From NCBI GenBank assembly GCA_007132905.1, contig SLNR01000020.1, positions 5,859 to 69,858 of the forward strand: DNA of 64,000 nucleotides, given 5' to 3'. Origin of the DNA: Candidatus Sumerlaeota bacterium (GTDB lineage Bacteria; Bacillota; SLNR01). The notes beneath the pieces were generated by a model, which was not told where the DNA came from, did not search any database, and saw nothing but the letters and a program-made list of their open reading frames with translations. The first letter of the stretch is position 1. Every line of letters starts with the position of its first letter. The translations under genes were made by a program, and so were the position numbers. Below, piece after piece: positions 19,703 to 30,580 of the stretch.

Positions 19703-19876
19703 ATGGCTGTACCAAAGCAGAAGGTTTCCAAATCAAGAAGGAATAAAAGACGGGCGAACTGGAAATTAAAGGCCCCTGTATTGACAGAATGTCCCCAGTG
19801 TCATCAAAAGAAGGTGCCGCATCGGGTTTGTGCAGAATGCGGTTATTACAGAAACAAAGAGGTAGTCAGCAAGTAG
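19703..19876 (+). CDS. rpmF: 50S ribosomal protein L32
   Basis: MAVPKQKVSKSRRNKRR..CPQC..PHRVCAECGYY. Confidence 0.97.
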   Translation: MAVPKQKVSKSRRNKRRANWKLKAPVLTECPQCHQKKVPHRVCAECGYYRNKEVVSK

Positions 19877-19936
19877 CAGGAAATTATAAGAATAAGTTAC
19901 CGGGTTAACCTGGTGCTTATTTTTTTTATCCCCTTC

Positions 19937-19965
19937 TTGCAATTGAAAGATGAGTCATGTATACT
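19937..19965 (+). promoter_or_regulatory. Putative sigma-A promoter of the fapR-plsX-fab operon
   Basis: TTGCAA-N17-TATACT. Confidence 0.7.
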
Positions 19966-19969
19966 AAAT

Positions 19970-19999
19970 TTATTAGCTGATCATAATATTAGGTGCTAT
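19970..19999 (+). promoter_or_regulatory. Candidate FapR operator(s)
   Basis: Two overlapping 17-mers (TTATTAGCTGATCATAA, ATAATATTAGGTGCTAT) just downstream of the -10, resembling the recalled Bacillus FapR box; degenerate. Confidence 0.45.
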
Positions 20000-20017
20000 A
20001 TATGGGAAGGTGAGTAT

Positions 20018-20620
20018 GTGAAACGGCTGCGCAAGCAAGAACGACAGGAGAAGCTACGCGAGAAGTTAAAGGAGAACCCTTTTTGCACAGATGCAGAATT
20101 AGCTGAGCTCTTTGGTACAAGCGTACAGACGATCAGGCTTGACCGGGCAGCTTTGAAGATTCCTGAATTAAGAGAAAGAACGAAAATGATGGCAGAAAGG
20201 GCGGCCAGTCAAGTTAAATCCATCAGCAGTGAAGATATAGTCGGTGATTTAATTGACATTGACCTAAACATAAGCGGTATTTCTATGTTGGAAACAGATG
20301 AAGCAATGAGTTTTGCCAAAGGCAATGTAGTTAAAGGACATTACATTTTTTCTCATGCAGCTTCTTTGGCAATTGCTGTGATCGATGCGGATGTTGTTCT
20401 GATGGGGTTGGCCAACATTAAGTTCAAACGGCCTGTCTATTGTCGGGAGCGCCTAGTTGCCAAAGCAGAAGTTATTCGAAAAAAAACCAGCAATTATGTG
20501 GTTCAGGTTGTCACTAAAGTCAACGGTGAACAGGTATTTCGAGGGAAATTTGTACTTTTCATTATGGATGATCCGCAAGACCTTGAAGGAGAGATGGATT
20601 ATGATTCGGATCGCCATTGA
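20018..20620 (+). CDS. fapR: Fatty acid biosynthesis repressor FapR
   Basis: NPF.TD.ELA..F..S.QTIRLDR..L.IPELRER HTH plus hot-dog domain; upstream of plsX. Confidence 0.96.
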   Translation: MKRLRKQERQEKLREKLKENPFCTDAELAELFGTSVQTIRLDRAALKIPELRERTKMMAERAASQVKSISSEDIVGDLIDIDLNISGISMLETDEAMSFAKGNVVKGHYIFSHAASLAIAVIDADVVLMGLANIKFKRPVYCRERLVAKAEVIRKKTSNYVVQVVTKVNGEQVFRGKFVLFIMDDPQDLEGEMDYDSDRH

Positions 20621-21614
20621 TGCTATGGGGGGCGACCATGCGCCGGAAGAAATAATCAAAGGGGCTCAGCTTTCAGCCAAAGAAGGTCAGGAGCTTATTT
20701 TTGTGGGCGATGAAGAGCAATTGATACCTTTGCTAAAGAATTACAACTTTCATCGTACGCAAGCGAACATAGTTCACGCTGAAGAAGTCATCGGCGGTGA
20801 CGAACCTCCCGTGCAGGCGGTTCGAAAAAAACCCGGGGCGACTCTTCCAACAGCCGTCCGCCTGATCAAAGAGGGAAAAGCCGACGCTGTGTTATCCGCC
20901 GGAAACACCGGGGCCTTTATGGCCGCCGCGGTCCTTTATCTTAAATGCATTGAAGGAATTCACAGGCCGGCTATAAGTCCCGCCCTGCCAACACAAGATC
21001 CCGATCGCATGGTCGTTTTGCTGGATGTGGGGGCCAACATGGACGCCGAAGCGGTTCATCTTCTGCAGTATGGTATAATGGGCAGCCTATACGCTGAGAA
21101 AAGATTTCATATTAAGAGTCCGAAAATCGGACTGCTCAATGTCGGAGATGAAGCCGGCAAGGGATCAAAAGTCGTTCAGGACGCTTTTAAGCTTCTTCTG
21201 GACAGCAAAGTTCATTTTGTAGGAAATGTGGAATCTCGTGAAATATTTGCCAATAAGGCCGATGTGGTTATTTGCGATGGCTTTGTGGGTAATGCTGTAT
21301 TAAAAGCAGGCGAGGGATTGGTCGAGGCGATTTTTACCATGATGAAAAAAGAATTTACAAGCGGTGTTCGTGAGAAAGCCGGAGCAGCCCTGCTTCAGCC
21401 TGCCTTTTCAAATTTGAAGCGACGTCTTGACTACAGTGAATATGGAGGAGCCCCGTTATTAGGGATTAACGGAGTTTGTATCAAAAGCCACGGTAGTTCA
21501 AACGCCCAAGCGATCAGCAATGGTATAAAAGTGGCTGCCAACTTGGTGGAAGAAAAGCTGTTAAAGGAAATCAGAGAGCAAATACAAAGGCAGGAGGATG
21601 AGAACAATGACTAG
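20601..21614 (+). CDS. plsX: Phosphate acyltransferase PlsX
   Basis: IAIDAMGGDHAP, SAGNTGA, LDVGAN, CDGFVGN, GGAPLLG, KSHGSS. Confidence 0.97.
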   Translation: MIRIAIDAMGGDHAPEEIIKGAQLSAKEGQELIFVGDEEQLIPLLKNYNFHRTQANIVHAEEVIGGDEPPVQAVRKKPGATLPTAVRLIKEGKADAVLSAGNTGAFMAAAVLYLKCIEGIHRPAISPALPTQDPDRMVVLLDVGANMDAEAVHLLQYGIMGSLYAEKRFHIKSPKIGLLNVGDEAGKGSKVVQDAFKLLLDSKVHFVGNVESREIFANKADVVICDGFVGNAVLKAGEGLVEAIFTMMKKEFTSGVREKAGAALLQPAFSNLKRRLDYSEYGGAPLLGINGVCIKSHGSSNAQAISNGIKVAANLVEEKLLKEIREQIQRQEDENND

Positions 21615-22593
21615 AGCTGTGGGTATCGCCGGATTAGGGACAGCCGTTCCTCCGAAAGTGCTTACCAATAAGGAGATTGAAAAAACAGTCGATACATCCG
21701 ATGAATGGATAACTTCCAGGACTGGAATAAAAGAAAGGCGAATTGCCGAAGACCATGTAAGTACTTCTGATCTTGCTTTTGAAGCAGCCCACGAGGCGCT
21801 GGTATCTACCAATATGAAACCAGAGGAAGTTGATCTCATCATTGTGGCCACGGTAAGTCCCGATATGATTTTTCCGTCCACCGCTTGTTTTACGCAGGAA
21901 AAGCTGGGAGCGCATAAGGCAGCGGCGTTTGACCTAGGGGCCGGTTGTTCCGGATTTATCTATGCCTTGGCGGCAGGTTCCCAGATGATTGCGACCGGTT
22001 TGTATGATAATGCTCTGATTATCGGTGCTGAGGTGATGTCGAAACAACTCAACTGGAAAGACAGAAATACATGCATCTTGTTTGGTGATGCAGCGGGCGC
22101 GGCGGTGATCAAGCCGGTGGAAGAAGGAAAAGGCTTTTTGTCTTTTTATCTGGGAGCCGACGGGGGAGGGGCCGATCTTTTGTCGCTGCCCGGAGGCGGC
22201 ACAAAGCATCCGGCTACGCATGAGACAGTAGATAAGGGCCTCCACTATATCCAGATGGCAGGCAGCGAAGTATTTAAATTTGCCGTTCGTATTATGGGAG
22301 ATGCCTCTTTGGAAGTCTTAAAAAGAGCAGGGCTGTCGCCAGAAGAGGTTGACCTGCTGATTCCCCATCAAGCAAATACAAGGATTGTTGATGCAGCGGT
22401 GAAGCGCTTAGGGCTGGATAAAAACAAGGTTTGTGTGAATGTGGACCGCTACGGGAATACATCGGCCGCTTCGATTCCGGTTGCTTTGTATGAAAGCTTT
22501 GAGCAGGGACGAATCAAACCTGGAGACAACATCGTTATGGTTGGATTTGGAGCGGGTCTGACCTGGGGCTCGACTGTGCTTCGCTGGGCTTAG
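21607..22593 (+). CDS. fabH: 3-oxoacyl-ACP synthase III
   Basis: DTSDEWITSRTGI, AGCSGF, PHQAN, GNTSAASIP, GFGAGLTWG. Confidence 0.97.
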   Translation: MTRAVGIAGLGTAVPPKVLTNKEIEKTVDTSDEWITSRTGIKERRIAEDHVSTSDLAFEAAHEALVSTNMKPEEVDLIIVATVSPDMIFPSTACFTQEKLGAHKAAAFDLGAGCSGFIYALAAGSQMIATGLYDNALIIGAEVMSKQLNWKDRNTCILFGDAAGAAVIKPVEEGKGFLSFYLGADGGGADLLSLPGGGTKHPATHETVDKGLHYIQMAGSEVFKFAVRIMGDASLEVLKRAGLSPEEVDLLIPHQANTRIVDAAVKRLGLDKNKVCVNVDRYGNTSAASIPVALYESFEQGRIKPGDNIVMVGFGAGLTWGSTVLRWA

Positions 22594-22703
22594 CTAGAAA
22601 ACCAAGCGTTAATCATACAACCTAGTCAAAAGGAAATGGTACTTACCTGTTCCATTCGATATAGATAGATAAAATCAAAAGGCATGATGAGAGGAGCCTG
22701 AGG

Positions 22704-23624
22704 ATGAAAAAGACAGCTTTTATGTTCCCTGGACAGGGAGCACAGTATGTAGGCATGGGAAAAGAACTTGCTGAATATTATCCCGAAGCAGACCAAGTAT
22801 TTGAGATGGCAAGCGAAGCCATCGGATATGATATGAAAAAATTGTGTTTTCAGGGCCCCGAAGAAGAACTTAAGAAAACAGAAAATACTCAGCCGGCGAT
22901 CTTAACAACTAGTATGGCTGCCTATAATATACTTGAGCGAAAAGGATTCAAACCGGAGGTGGTGGCTGGTCTAAGCCTAGGCGAGTATTCGGCTTTGGTG
23001 GCCTCCGGAAGTTTGTCACTGCAAGAGGCCGTTTTATTGGTAAAAGCAAGAGGGAAGTACATGCAGGAGGCGGTCCCTTTAGGGCAAGGGAAGATGGCGG
23101 CCATCATTGGTCTTTCAAGAGAAAAGGTGAAAAACATCTGTCGTGAAGCGGATGGCGTTTTGGAGCCTGCCAACTTCAACTCGCCGGGACAGGTTGTCAT
23201 CGCCGGCGAGACCGATGCTGTCGAACAGGGAGTGGAGATGGCTCAAAGCGAGGGAGCAAAGAAAGCCGTAGTGCTTCCGGTAAGTGCTCCGTTTCACTGC
23301 CGGCTTTTAAACCCGGCCGGGGAAAAACTAGCCGAGGATTTAGAGAAGGTAACCATCAATGACCCAAAAATCCCTCTCATTGCCAATGTACACGGTGATT
23401 ATGTCCATAAGGCCGAAGAGATCAAAGAAGCCTTGATTCGCCAGGTAAGTCATTCGGTTTATTGGGAAGACAGCATACAGAGGATGATTTCAGACGGCAT
23501 AGAGCACTTTGTGGAAGTAGGTCCCGGGAAGGTGCTGTGCGGTTTTGTTAAAAGGATTGACCGCAAAGCAGTTTTGCATAATGTCGAAGATAAAAAGTCA
23601 TTGGAAAATTTGCTTGATTATTAA
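22704..23624 (+). CDS. fabD: Malonyl-CoA:ACP transacylase
   Basis: FPGQGAQ, GLSLGEYSAL, VSAPFH, EVGPG. Confidence 0.97.
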   Translation: MKKTAFMFPGQGAQYVGMGKELAEYYPEADQVFEMASEAIGYDMKKLCFQGPEEELKKTENTQPAILTTSMAAYNILERKGFKPEVVAGLSLGEYSALVASGSLSLQEAVLLVKARGKYMQEAVPLGQGKMAAIIGLSREKVKNICREADGVLEPANFNSPGQVVIAGETDAVEQGVEMAQSEGAKKAVVLPVSAPFHCRLLNPAGEKLAEDLEKVTINDPKIPLIANVHGDYVHKAEEIKEALIRQVSHSVYWEDSIQRMISDGIEHFVEVGPGKVLCGFVKRIDRKAVLHNVEDKKSLENLLDY

Positions 23625-23640
23625 AGGGAGGTCTGCTAAT

Positions 23641-24381
23641 ATGATGCTAGAAAATCAGGCGGCGCTTGTTACCGGCGGAGGCAAAGGAATTGGCCGTTCC
23701 ATTGCATTGGCTTTGGCTCATGAGGGCGCGGATGTTGTCGTAAATGACATAGACCGTGAGGCGGCCGAGAATACATCTGAAGAAATAAAGGCATTGGGAA
23801 GAGAATCAATGGTCGTTCTGGCTGATATCAGCCAAAGTTCTGAAGTAGAAGAAATGGTCAAAACGGTGCTGCAAAGATTCAAGAGGATTGACATCTTAAT
23901 CAACAACGCCGGGATTACCCGAGATGGCCTGCTTTTGCGCATGAAAGAGAACGATTGGGATGCGGTGATGAGCATTAATCTAAAGAGCGTCTATCTATGC
24001 ACAAAAGCGGTCATGAGAACAATGATGAAGCAGCGGTCCGGGAGAATTATCAATTTGGCGTCTGTGGTCGGAGTGATGGGCAATGCGGGGCAGTCCAATT
24101 ATGCTGCTTCCAAGGCGGGCGTGATTGGTTTTACGAAGTCGACGGCCAAAGAATTAGCGCCCAGAGGAATTACGGTGAATGCCGTAGCCCCCGGGTTTAT
24201 CGCCACCGAAATGACCGAGAAACTGTCGGATGAAGTAAAACAGGAATTCTTGAATAAGATTCCTTTAAACAAGGCCGGGACGCCTGAAGATGTAGCTCAT
24301 GTAGTGCGTTTTCTCGCCTCCCCTGATTCACATTATATCACCGGACAGGTGCTGCATATCGATGGCGGCATGGTTATGTAG
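23641..24381 (+). CDS. fabG: 3-oxoacyl-ACP reductase
   Basis: TGGGKGIG, NNAGITRD, NYAASKAG, VAPGFI. Confidence 0.97.
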   Translation: MMLENQAALVTGGGKGIGRSIALALAHEGADVVVNDIDREAAENTSEEIKALGRESMVVLADISQSSEVEEMVKTVLQRFKRIDILINNAGITRDGLLLRMKENDWDAVMSINLKSVYLCTKAVMRTMMKQRSGRIINLASVVGVMGNAGQSNYAASKAGVIGFTKSTAKELAPRGITVNAVAPGFIATEMTEKLSDEVKQEFLNKIPLNKAGTPEDVAHVVRFLASPDSHYITGQVLHIDGGMVM

Positions 24382-24428
24382 ATTCACATTAGATCATAGA
24401 ACATCGGCCACGGCGGAAGGGGGTGAAA

Positions 24429-24671
24429 ATGATGGCGAATGACACCGCGTATGAAAAAATAAAGGAAATTATTGTAGAGCAATTGGGCATTGATGAAGAG
24501 GAAGTGAAAGAAGCAGCCTCTTTCATTGATGATTTAGGAGCGGATTCCTTGGATATAGTGGAATTGATTATGGCTATGGAAGAGGAATTTTCTCTAGAAA
24601 TACCCGACGAAGATGCTGAGAAGCTGTTGACCGTTGGTGATGCAGTAAAGTATGTGAAAAGTGCTGAATAA
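24429..24671 (+). CDS. acpP: Acyl carrier protein
   Basis: [12 protein letters not shown]; start 24429 or 24432. Confidence 0.97.
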   Translation: MMANDTAYEKIKEIIVEQLGIDEEEVKEAASFIDDLGADSLDIVELIMAMEEEFSLEIPDEDAEKLLTVGDAVKYVKSAE

Positions 24672-24678
24672 GAATTGA

Positions 24679-24706
24679 GAAAGTCCCGTAAAGAAACGGG
24701 ACTTTC
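24679..24706 (+). terminator. Stem-loop after acpP
   Basis: GAAAGTCCCGT-AAAGAA-ACGGGACTTTC. Confidence 0.7.
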
Positions 24707-24824
24707 CCAACATATAGCCTAATGATATAAGCAGTTTGAAAAAGGTTTAATGGTCAGAAAACAGGATGTATTGAAACGGCCGGACACCGCCGAGCTATTT
24801 AGAAGAAAGTATGGGGTGAGTGCA

Positions 24825-26066
24825 ATGAAAAATCGTGTTGTAGTGACCGGACTGGGAATCATTTCCCCGATTGGTACCGGCAAAAGCGCTTATTGGGAAG
24901 GGCTAAAAAACGGCCGATCCGGGGTAAAACCCATTGACCGGTTTGATGTAAGCGATTATCCTACAAAGATTGCGGCCACCGTCGACGATTTTAAAGCTGT
25001 CGATTATATCGATCGAAAAGAAGCTAAAAGAATGGATCGATTCACCCAGTTTGCGGTTGCAGGGGCCAAAATGGCGGTGGAAGACGCAGGCATTGATTTA
25101 GCCGGTATGAACCTGGAAAAAGCAGGAGTGTCTTTTAGTACAGGAATCGGCGGGATGGAGACACTTGAAACACAGTTTAAGGTGATATCAGAAAAAGGAG
25201 TTAGTAAGATGAGTCCTTTCTATATCCCCATGATGATCTCCAATATAGCCGCCGGGCATATATCGATGACCTATGGGCTAAAAGGACCGAACTTAACTTA
25301 TGTAGCAGCCTGTGCAGCTTCTTCTCACGCCATCGGAGAGGGGTTTAAAATCCTTCAAAGAGGCGATGCGGATCTTCTTGTTGCGGGCGGCTCAGAGGCA
25401 GCCATCACGCCTTCTGCACTGGGAGGGTTTTGTGCTATGCGGGCGCTCTCCACACGAAATGACGATCCCGAGAAAGCATCCCGCCCATTTGATCAGCAGC
25501 GAGATGGTTTTGTCATGGCAGAAGGCTGCGGTGTTGTGATTCTCGAGACCCTTGAGCATGCACAAAAACGTAATGCCCATATCTATGGAGAGCTAGTTGG
25601 CTTTGGAAATACAGCGGATGCTTACCACATCACAAAGCCGCCGCCGCAAGGAGAAGGAGCCTATAGGGCGATGAAAATGGCGCTTGACGATGCAAAGATG
25701 GAACCCGGGGAGATTGATTATATTAATGCACATGGGACTTCGACGGAATTAAACGATAAATTTGAAACAATTGCGATCAAGAACCTGTTTGGCGAACTTG
25801 CCAAAAAAGTGCCGGTAAGTTCGACAAAATCCATGACAGGACATCTACTGGGTGCAGCCGGAGCGGCTGAAATCATCAGCTGTATTTTGGCCATGGAAAA
25901 TCAGTGCCTTCCTCCCACCATTAATTATGAACATAAAGATCCCGATTGTGATTTAGATTATGTTCCGAATACATCGCGGTCTCATCAGATCCGGGCTTCT
26001 TTATCTAATTCTTTTGGATTCGGAGGCCAAAATGGGGTCTTGATAGTGAAGCAGTTTAGCAGGTGA
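24825..26066 (+). CDS. fabF: 3-oxoacyl-ACP synthase II
   Basis: [37 protein letters not shown]. Confidence 0.97.
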   Translation: MKNRVVVTGLGIISPIGTGKSAYWEGLKNGRSGVKPIDRFDVSDYPTKIAATVDDFKAVDYIDRKEAKRMDRFTQFAVAGAKMAVEDAGIDLAGMNLEKAGVSFSTGIGGMETLETQFKVISEKGVSKMSPFYIPMMISNIAAGHISMTYGLKGPNLTYVAACAASSHAIGEGFKILQRGDADLLVAGGSEAAITPSALGGFCAMRALSTRNDDPEKASRPFDQQRDGFVMAEGCGVVILETLEHAQKRNAHIYGELVGFGNTADAYHITKPPPQGEGAYRAMKMALDDAKMEPGEIDYINAHGTSTELNDKFETIAIKNLFGELAKKVPVSSTKSMTGHLLGAAGAAEIISCILAMENQCLPPTINYEHKDPDCDLDYVPNTSRSHQIRASLSNSFGFGGQNGVLIVKQFSR

Positions 26067-26070
26067 TATA

Positions 26071-26793
26071 ATGGCAAAAAAGAGTGAAAGATCGCGACTT
26101 GAAGAAAAAATCGGTTACCGTTTTGGTGACCCGGAAATTTTGGAACAGTCGCTGGTGCATGCTTCTTATGCCAATGGGAAAAGAAAACATGAGCTGCCAA
26201 ACAATGAAAGGCTTGAATTTTTGGGGGACGCTGTTTTGCAGCTCGTGGTATCTGAATATTTATTTACAGTATACGAAGAACTTTCTGAAGGTGTCTTGAC
26301 ACGTCTTCGAGCTGCGGTTGTGTGCGAACCTGTGCTGGCTAAACTAGCTCAAGAAGAATTGGATCTGGGAAGTCACCTGCAGTTAGGAAAAGGCGAAGAG
26401 TCAAGCGGCGGCCGAAAACGTCCTTCTATATTGTCAGATGCATTAGAAGCTCTCATTGGCGCGATCTATCTTGACGGTGGAATGGAACCGGCGGCAAAAG
26501 CAGTCCTTCGCTTACTTAGTTCAGAAATTGAAGCGGCCCATGAAGGGAAACTTCAAAAAGACTATAAGACCACGCTGCAGGAGGCTGTGCAGAAAAATCT
26601 CGGACAAGCAGTTACATACCGTCTCATCTCCCAAGAAGGCCCTGACCACGATAAAACCTTTCACGTCCAGGCGATTAGCAAAGATGAAGTGCTGGGTTTG
26701 GGCCGGGGGAAAAGCAAAAAAGACGCCGAGCAGGCAGCCGCCCAGCAGGCGTTGGAAAAAATGAACATAGATGATTCGCCCGGCAGCAGATAG
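26071..26793 (+). CDS. rnc: Ribonuclease III
   Basis: NERLEFLGDAVL, DALEALIGAIYLD, dsRBD DYKTTLQE..GPDH..SKK.AEQ. Confidence 0.97.
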   Translation: MAKKSERSRLEEKIGYRFGDPEILEQSLVHASYANGKRKHELPNNERLEFLGDAVLQLVVSEYLFTVYEELSEGVLTRLRAAVVCEPVLAKLAQEELDLGSHLQLGKGEESSGGRKRPSILSDALEALIGAIYLDGGMEPAAKAVLRLLSSEIEAAHEGKLQKDYKTTLQEAVQKNLGQAVTYRLISQEGPDHDKTFHVQAISKDEVLGLGRGKSKKDAEQAAAQQALEKMNIDDSPGSR

Positions 26794-26983
26794 CTTCCGG
26801 GTTTTTTTATTTTACAGCTCAAAGTTTGCAGGTTTGGCTGTGATTATGAGTTGAAAGTCTGCTGAAAAAAGGATACTAGCGGCAAATGAAGAACCATGTT
26901 GTTTGAAGATTTTTCTAAGAAAGATACAAAGATGTGCGGCAGGAGATCTGTCAGCAGGCAGGACGGGCGCTGGAGGGAGACAG

Positions 26984-29900
26984 TTGTACTTAAAAAGGCT
27001 GGAAATCAATGGATTTAAATCGTTTGCGGATAAGACAAAGGTAGAACTGAAAGAAGGAATCAATGCGGTCGTCGGTCCCAACGGGAGCGGGAAAAGCAAT
27101 ATTTCCGATGCGGTTTTGTGGGTGTTGGGAGAACAAAATGCCCGCATTTTAAGAGGCAGTCGTATGGAAGATGTTATTTTCTCTGGAAGCGACAAAAGAA
27201 AGGTAAAGGGCCTGGCGGAAGTAAATCTAATCCTTGATAACAGCGACGGTACTTTTCCGCTTGATTACAGCGAAGTGAGCATTAAAAGAAGGTTGTACCG
27301 AACAGGCGACAGCGAATACTTCATTAACAAGACCCCCTGCAGATTAAAAGACATCCACGAGCTGCTCGTTGATACGGGATTTGGCCGGGATGCTTTCTCG
27401 CATATAGGGCAGGGCAGAATCGATGAAATATTAAGTGTGAAACCGGAGGAGCGGAGAACGGTAGTAGACGACGCGGCCGGTCTTATCAAGTATAAGAACA
27501 GAAAAAAAGAGGCGCACAAGAAGCTAGATGAGACAAAAAAAAGCATTGTAAGAGTGGAAGATATTCTCATAGAGCTTGAGTCACAGTTAGAGCCTTTAGC
27601 CCAACAGGCAGATAAAGCCAAGGAATACCTGAAGCTAAAAGAAGAGATCGATGAGCTAGAAATATCTAAAACGGTCTGGCTGATTCACAATTTGAAATCA
27701 GAGCTGACAGAAAAACAAAAAAAGCATGATTTGCTTGTTGATGAGATTACTGAAATGGAAGCACGCACGGCTTCTGTGGAGTCTTCTTTAGAAAAAAAGC
27801 AGCTTAAGATCCAGACTCTGGATCGAGAAATACGAGAAAAGCAGATGAATCTGCAGGAAAAGAAGAGCCGGTTGGAAAGATGCGAAGGAGATTTGCGATA
27901 TAGTCAAAGACAACAAGAAGACCTAAAGAAGAGCTTTCATAACACAGCCGCGGAAATTGACAGCCTTGAGCAAGAAAAAGAAGAAACAGCCATAGCGTAT
28001 GCCGGCGAAAAAGAAAAAATGAAAGAAGTAACGACATCTTTAGAGGAGCTGCTAGAAGAATCGGAACAGGAAAACCAAAAATATACCGCTGTGATCGAAG
28101 AAATCACACAAAAAGGAAAAAGCCTGGAGGAAAAAAAGAGTTTCTTGATCGACATAATGAATCAACTAGCCGATGCCAGCCATAAAATGCGCATGAAAGA
28201 GGCAGAACTAGACCGAAACGAAAACGAACTGGAAAAAAGAGGGTTGGAAAAGAAACAGGCTCTTCAGGAAATGGAAACATTATTAGAGAGAAAACAGGAC
28301 TTAGAAAGCCAAAAGGAAAGAGCGGCGGAGAGAAAAAATGAAAAAGAGCAATCCTTAAAGAGAGCAGACAAAGAAAAAGAAAATGTATTAGCAAGTATTA
28401 AGAACCATGATCAGGAAACCTCGGATCTGCAAGATAAGATCCGACAGATGGAGTCTCGTTTGAATGCACTGGAAGAAATGAGTAAAGGATACGAAGGGTA
28501 TCACAAAGGTGTCCGTTCGGTTCTGCTTGGCCTCCGTAAAAAAGCCTTTGACGGCGAGGGCATTTGTGGGGTTGTGTCAGAACTGATTCATGTTGAGAAA
28601 GAATTTGAGGCAGCGATAAGCACAGCTTTAGGAGGTTCGCTGCAGAATATTGTTACAGAGACAGCAAATGATGCCATGAAGGCCATTGATCATCTAAAAG
28701 AAAGCAAAGGAGGCAGGTGTACTTTTCTTCCCCTGGAATCCATTGGCGCAAAGCCAAGAACCGACACCTTTCAACGAATATCGTCAGAAAAAGGGTATAT
28801 TGGAGTGGCCGCGGATTTGGTGGTGTTTGAGGAGAAATACCAAGCGGTATTGGAACATCTTCTGGGAAATATTGCAGTTTTTAGTAATCTTCGCGATGCT
28901 TCAAAAGCAGCCAAAAAAGCCAATCATCGGTTACGGATTGTTACAGTGGATGGGGATATGATAAGTTCCGGGGGAGCTATGAGCGGAGGAAGTCAAAGTA
29001 GTTTTCAAATGGGGCTTTTAGGCCGCTCTCGTGAAATAAAGACGTTGAAAAAGAAAATCAATCAGAAAACCCAAGATATTGAAAACCGAAGCGAAAGAAA
29101 GGAAGCCTATGTTGGCAGGCTGGATATCGCCGAAGAGAGAATCCGCGAGCTTTCTGATGCTTTAAAGCAAGGAGAAATTCAGCGAGCCGAGATATCAAAA
29201 GAATTTGAGCAAATCGAGTATGAAAGGAAGCGACTGGCAAAGCAGCTAAATACAATAGAACATGAGGTCAAACTTCTTCAGGAAAACATGGATTCAGCAG
29301 CACAAGAGAGGGAAGTCCTCAAAAGAGAACAAAATATGAAGAATCAGTTGAAAGAAGAAACGAACCGGGAAATCGAAAAACTAACGGATACTTTAAGCGA
29401 AGAAGAGACAATTAAAGAAAATATGTCAGCCAAAGTCACGGACAGTCGTGTCGAGATAGCTTCCATCGAACAAAAAAAGCAGAATATGAATGAACAAGTG
29501 CAGATGTTTGAGAAAATGTTGGCCAAACATGAAAATAGATTAGAGAAGTTGCAAATAGACAAGAAGAAAGCACAAGAAGATTTAACTTTGACAGAAAAAG
29601 AACAGACGTCCTTAAAAGACCAAAGGGATGCTCTATTGTCTGAACGTACCACAGCGGAAAAAGACTTAAAAGATCAGGAAGAAGATAGAGATTCATTGGC
29701 ACAGAACTTGGAGGAAGAAGAAAAAGAGTTAAAGAAAGTCCGAAAAAAAGCAAACAGAGCGAAAGAAAAATGCCATGCCCTGGACATTGATATCACGCGG
29801 CAAGATATTGAAATCCGAAACCAATCAGAAAAGCTTTGTAACGAGTATTCACTGGATACAGAGAATTTGAACGGACAGACCTGCAAGCCCATTGATTTAT

Positions 29901-30556
29901 CAAAAACAGAAGAGCGGATTGGATCATTAAGAAAGCAGATGGATAATTTAGGAGATGTCCAATTAAGTGCCGTAGAAGAGCAAAAAAGGGTGCTTTCCCG
30001 ATTTGATTTTCTAAACAGACAATTCGATGACCTCAAAGAGGCCCAAGCAGATCTTCATCAAGTTATTGAAGACATTGATAAAGTGATGAAGAAAAAATTC
30101 TGGGAGACTTTTGAGCAGATTCGGATTCATTTCAATGAAGTTTTTGCCCGCTTGTTCGACGGGGGGAGTGCGGATTTAGTGCTGGCAGAACCGGCTGATC
30201 CACTCGAATCCGGATTAGACATAAAGGTGCAGCCTCCCGGAAAGAAGCTGCAAAACCTAACACTCATGTCCGGCGGGGAAAAGGCCTTAACGGCTATTAG
30301 TTTGCTTTTTGCGGTACTTAAAACTAGGCCGACGTCTTTTTGTGTTCTTGACGAAATTGATACCTCTTTGGATGAATCCAATGTGGAGCGCTTCTCCCGG
30401 TTTCTACGAGAATTGACCGACCCAACCCAGTTTATTGTCGTTACTCACCGAAAAGGGACCATGGAAACCGCCGATGTAATGTACGGAGTGACTATGGAAG
30501 AGGCGGGAGTTTCAAAGATGATTTCAGTCAAATTCTCTCACCAAGCTGTTTCTTAA
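26984..30556 (+). CDS. smc: Chromosome partition protein SMC
   Basis: GFKSF, GPNGSGKSN, hinge (GRCTFLPL), MSGGE, LDEID; TTG start after GGAGGG. Confidence 0.97.
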   Translation: MYLKRLEINGFKSFADKTKVELKEGINAVVGPNGSGKSNISDAVLWVLGEQNARILRGSRMEDVIFSGSDKRKVKGLAEVNLILDNSDGTFPLDYSEVSIKRRLYRTGDSEYFINKTPCRLKDIHELLVDTGFGRDAFSHIGQGRIDEILSVKPEERRTVVDDAAGLIKYKNRKKEAHKKLDETKKSIVRVEDILIELESQLEPLAQQADKAKEYLKLKEEIDELEISKTVWLIHNLKSELTEKQKKHDLLVDEITEMEARTASVESSLEKKQLKIQTLDREIREKQMNLQEKKSRLERCEGDLRYSQRQQEDLKKSFHNTAAEIDSLEQEKEETAIAYAGEKEKMKEVTTSLEELLEESEQENQKYTAVIEEITQKGKSLEEKKSFLIDIMNQLADASHKMRMKEAELDRNENELEKRGLEKKQALQEMETLLERKQDLESQKERAAERKNEKEQSLKRADKEKENVLASIKNHDQETSDLQDKIRQMESRLNALEEMSKGYEGYHKGVRSVLLGLRKKAFDGEGICGVVSELIHVEKEFEAAISTALGGSLQNIVTETANDAMKAIDHLKESKGGRCTFLPLESIGAKPRTDTFQRISSEKGYIGVAADLVVFEEKYQAVLEHLLGNIAVFSNLRDASKAAKKANHRLRIVTVDGDMISSGGAMSGGSQSSFQMGLLGRSREIKTLKKKINQKTQDIENRSERKEAYVGRLDIAEERIRELSDALKQGEIQRAEISKEFEQIEYERKRLAKQLNTIEHEVKLLQENMDSAAQEREVLKREQNMKNQLKEETNREIEKLTDTLSEEETIKENMSAKVTDSRVEIASIEQKKQNMNEQVQMFEKMLAKHENRLEKLQIDKKKAQEDLTLTEKEQTSLKDQRDALLSERTTAEKDLKDQEEDRDSLAQNLEEEEKELKKVRKKANRAKEKCHALDIDITRQDIEIRNQSEKLCNEYSLDTENLNGQTCKPIDLSKTEERIGSLRKQMDNLGDVQLSAVEEQKRVLSRFDFLNRQFDDLKEAQADLHQVIEDIDKVMKKKFWETFEQIRIHFNEVFARLFDGGSADLVLAEPADPLESGLDIKVQPPGKKLQNLTLMSGGEKALTAISLLFAVLKTRPTSFCVLDEIDTSLDESNVERFSRFLRELTDPTQFIVVTHRKGTMETADVMYGVTMEEAGVSKMISVKFSHQAVS

Positions 30557-30580
30557 GCAATCTTATCAGGGAGGCGGACG

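Noticed and set aside
22614..22630. Second FapR box between fabH and fabD (ATACAACCTAGTCAAAA)
   Set aside because: Only a partial match, with no convincing promoter next to it.
19913..26983. Long N-terminal extensions on FapR, PlsX, FabG, FabF and SMC in the ORF track
   Set aside because: These arise from taking the first possible start; RBS-supported downstream starts match family lengths.
27600..29900. A/G-rich quasi-repetitive sequence
   Set aside because: Explained by the E/K-rich coiled-coil arms of SMC.
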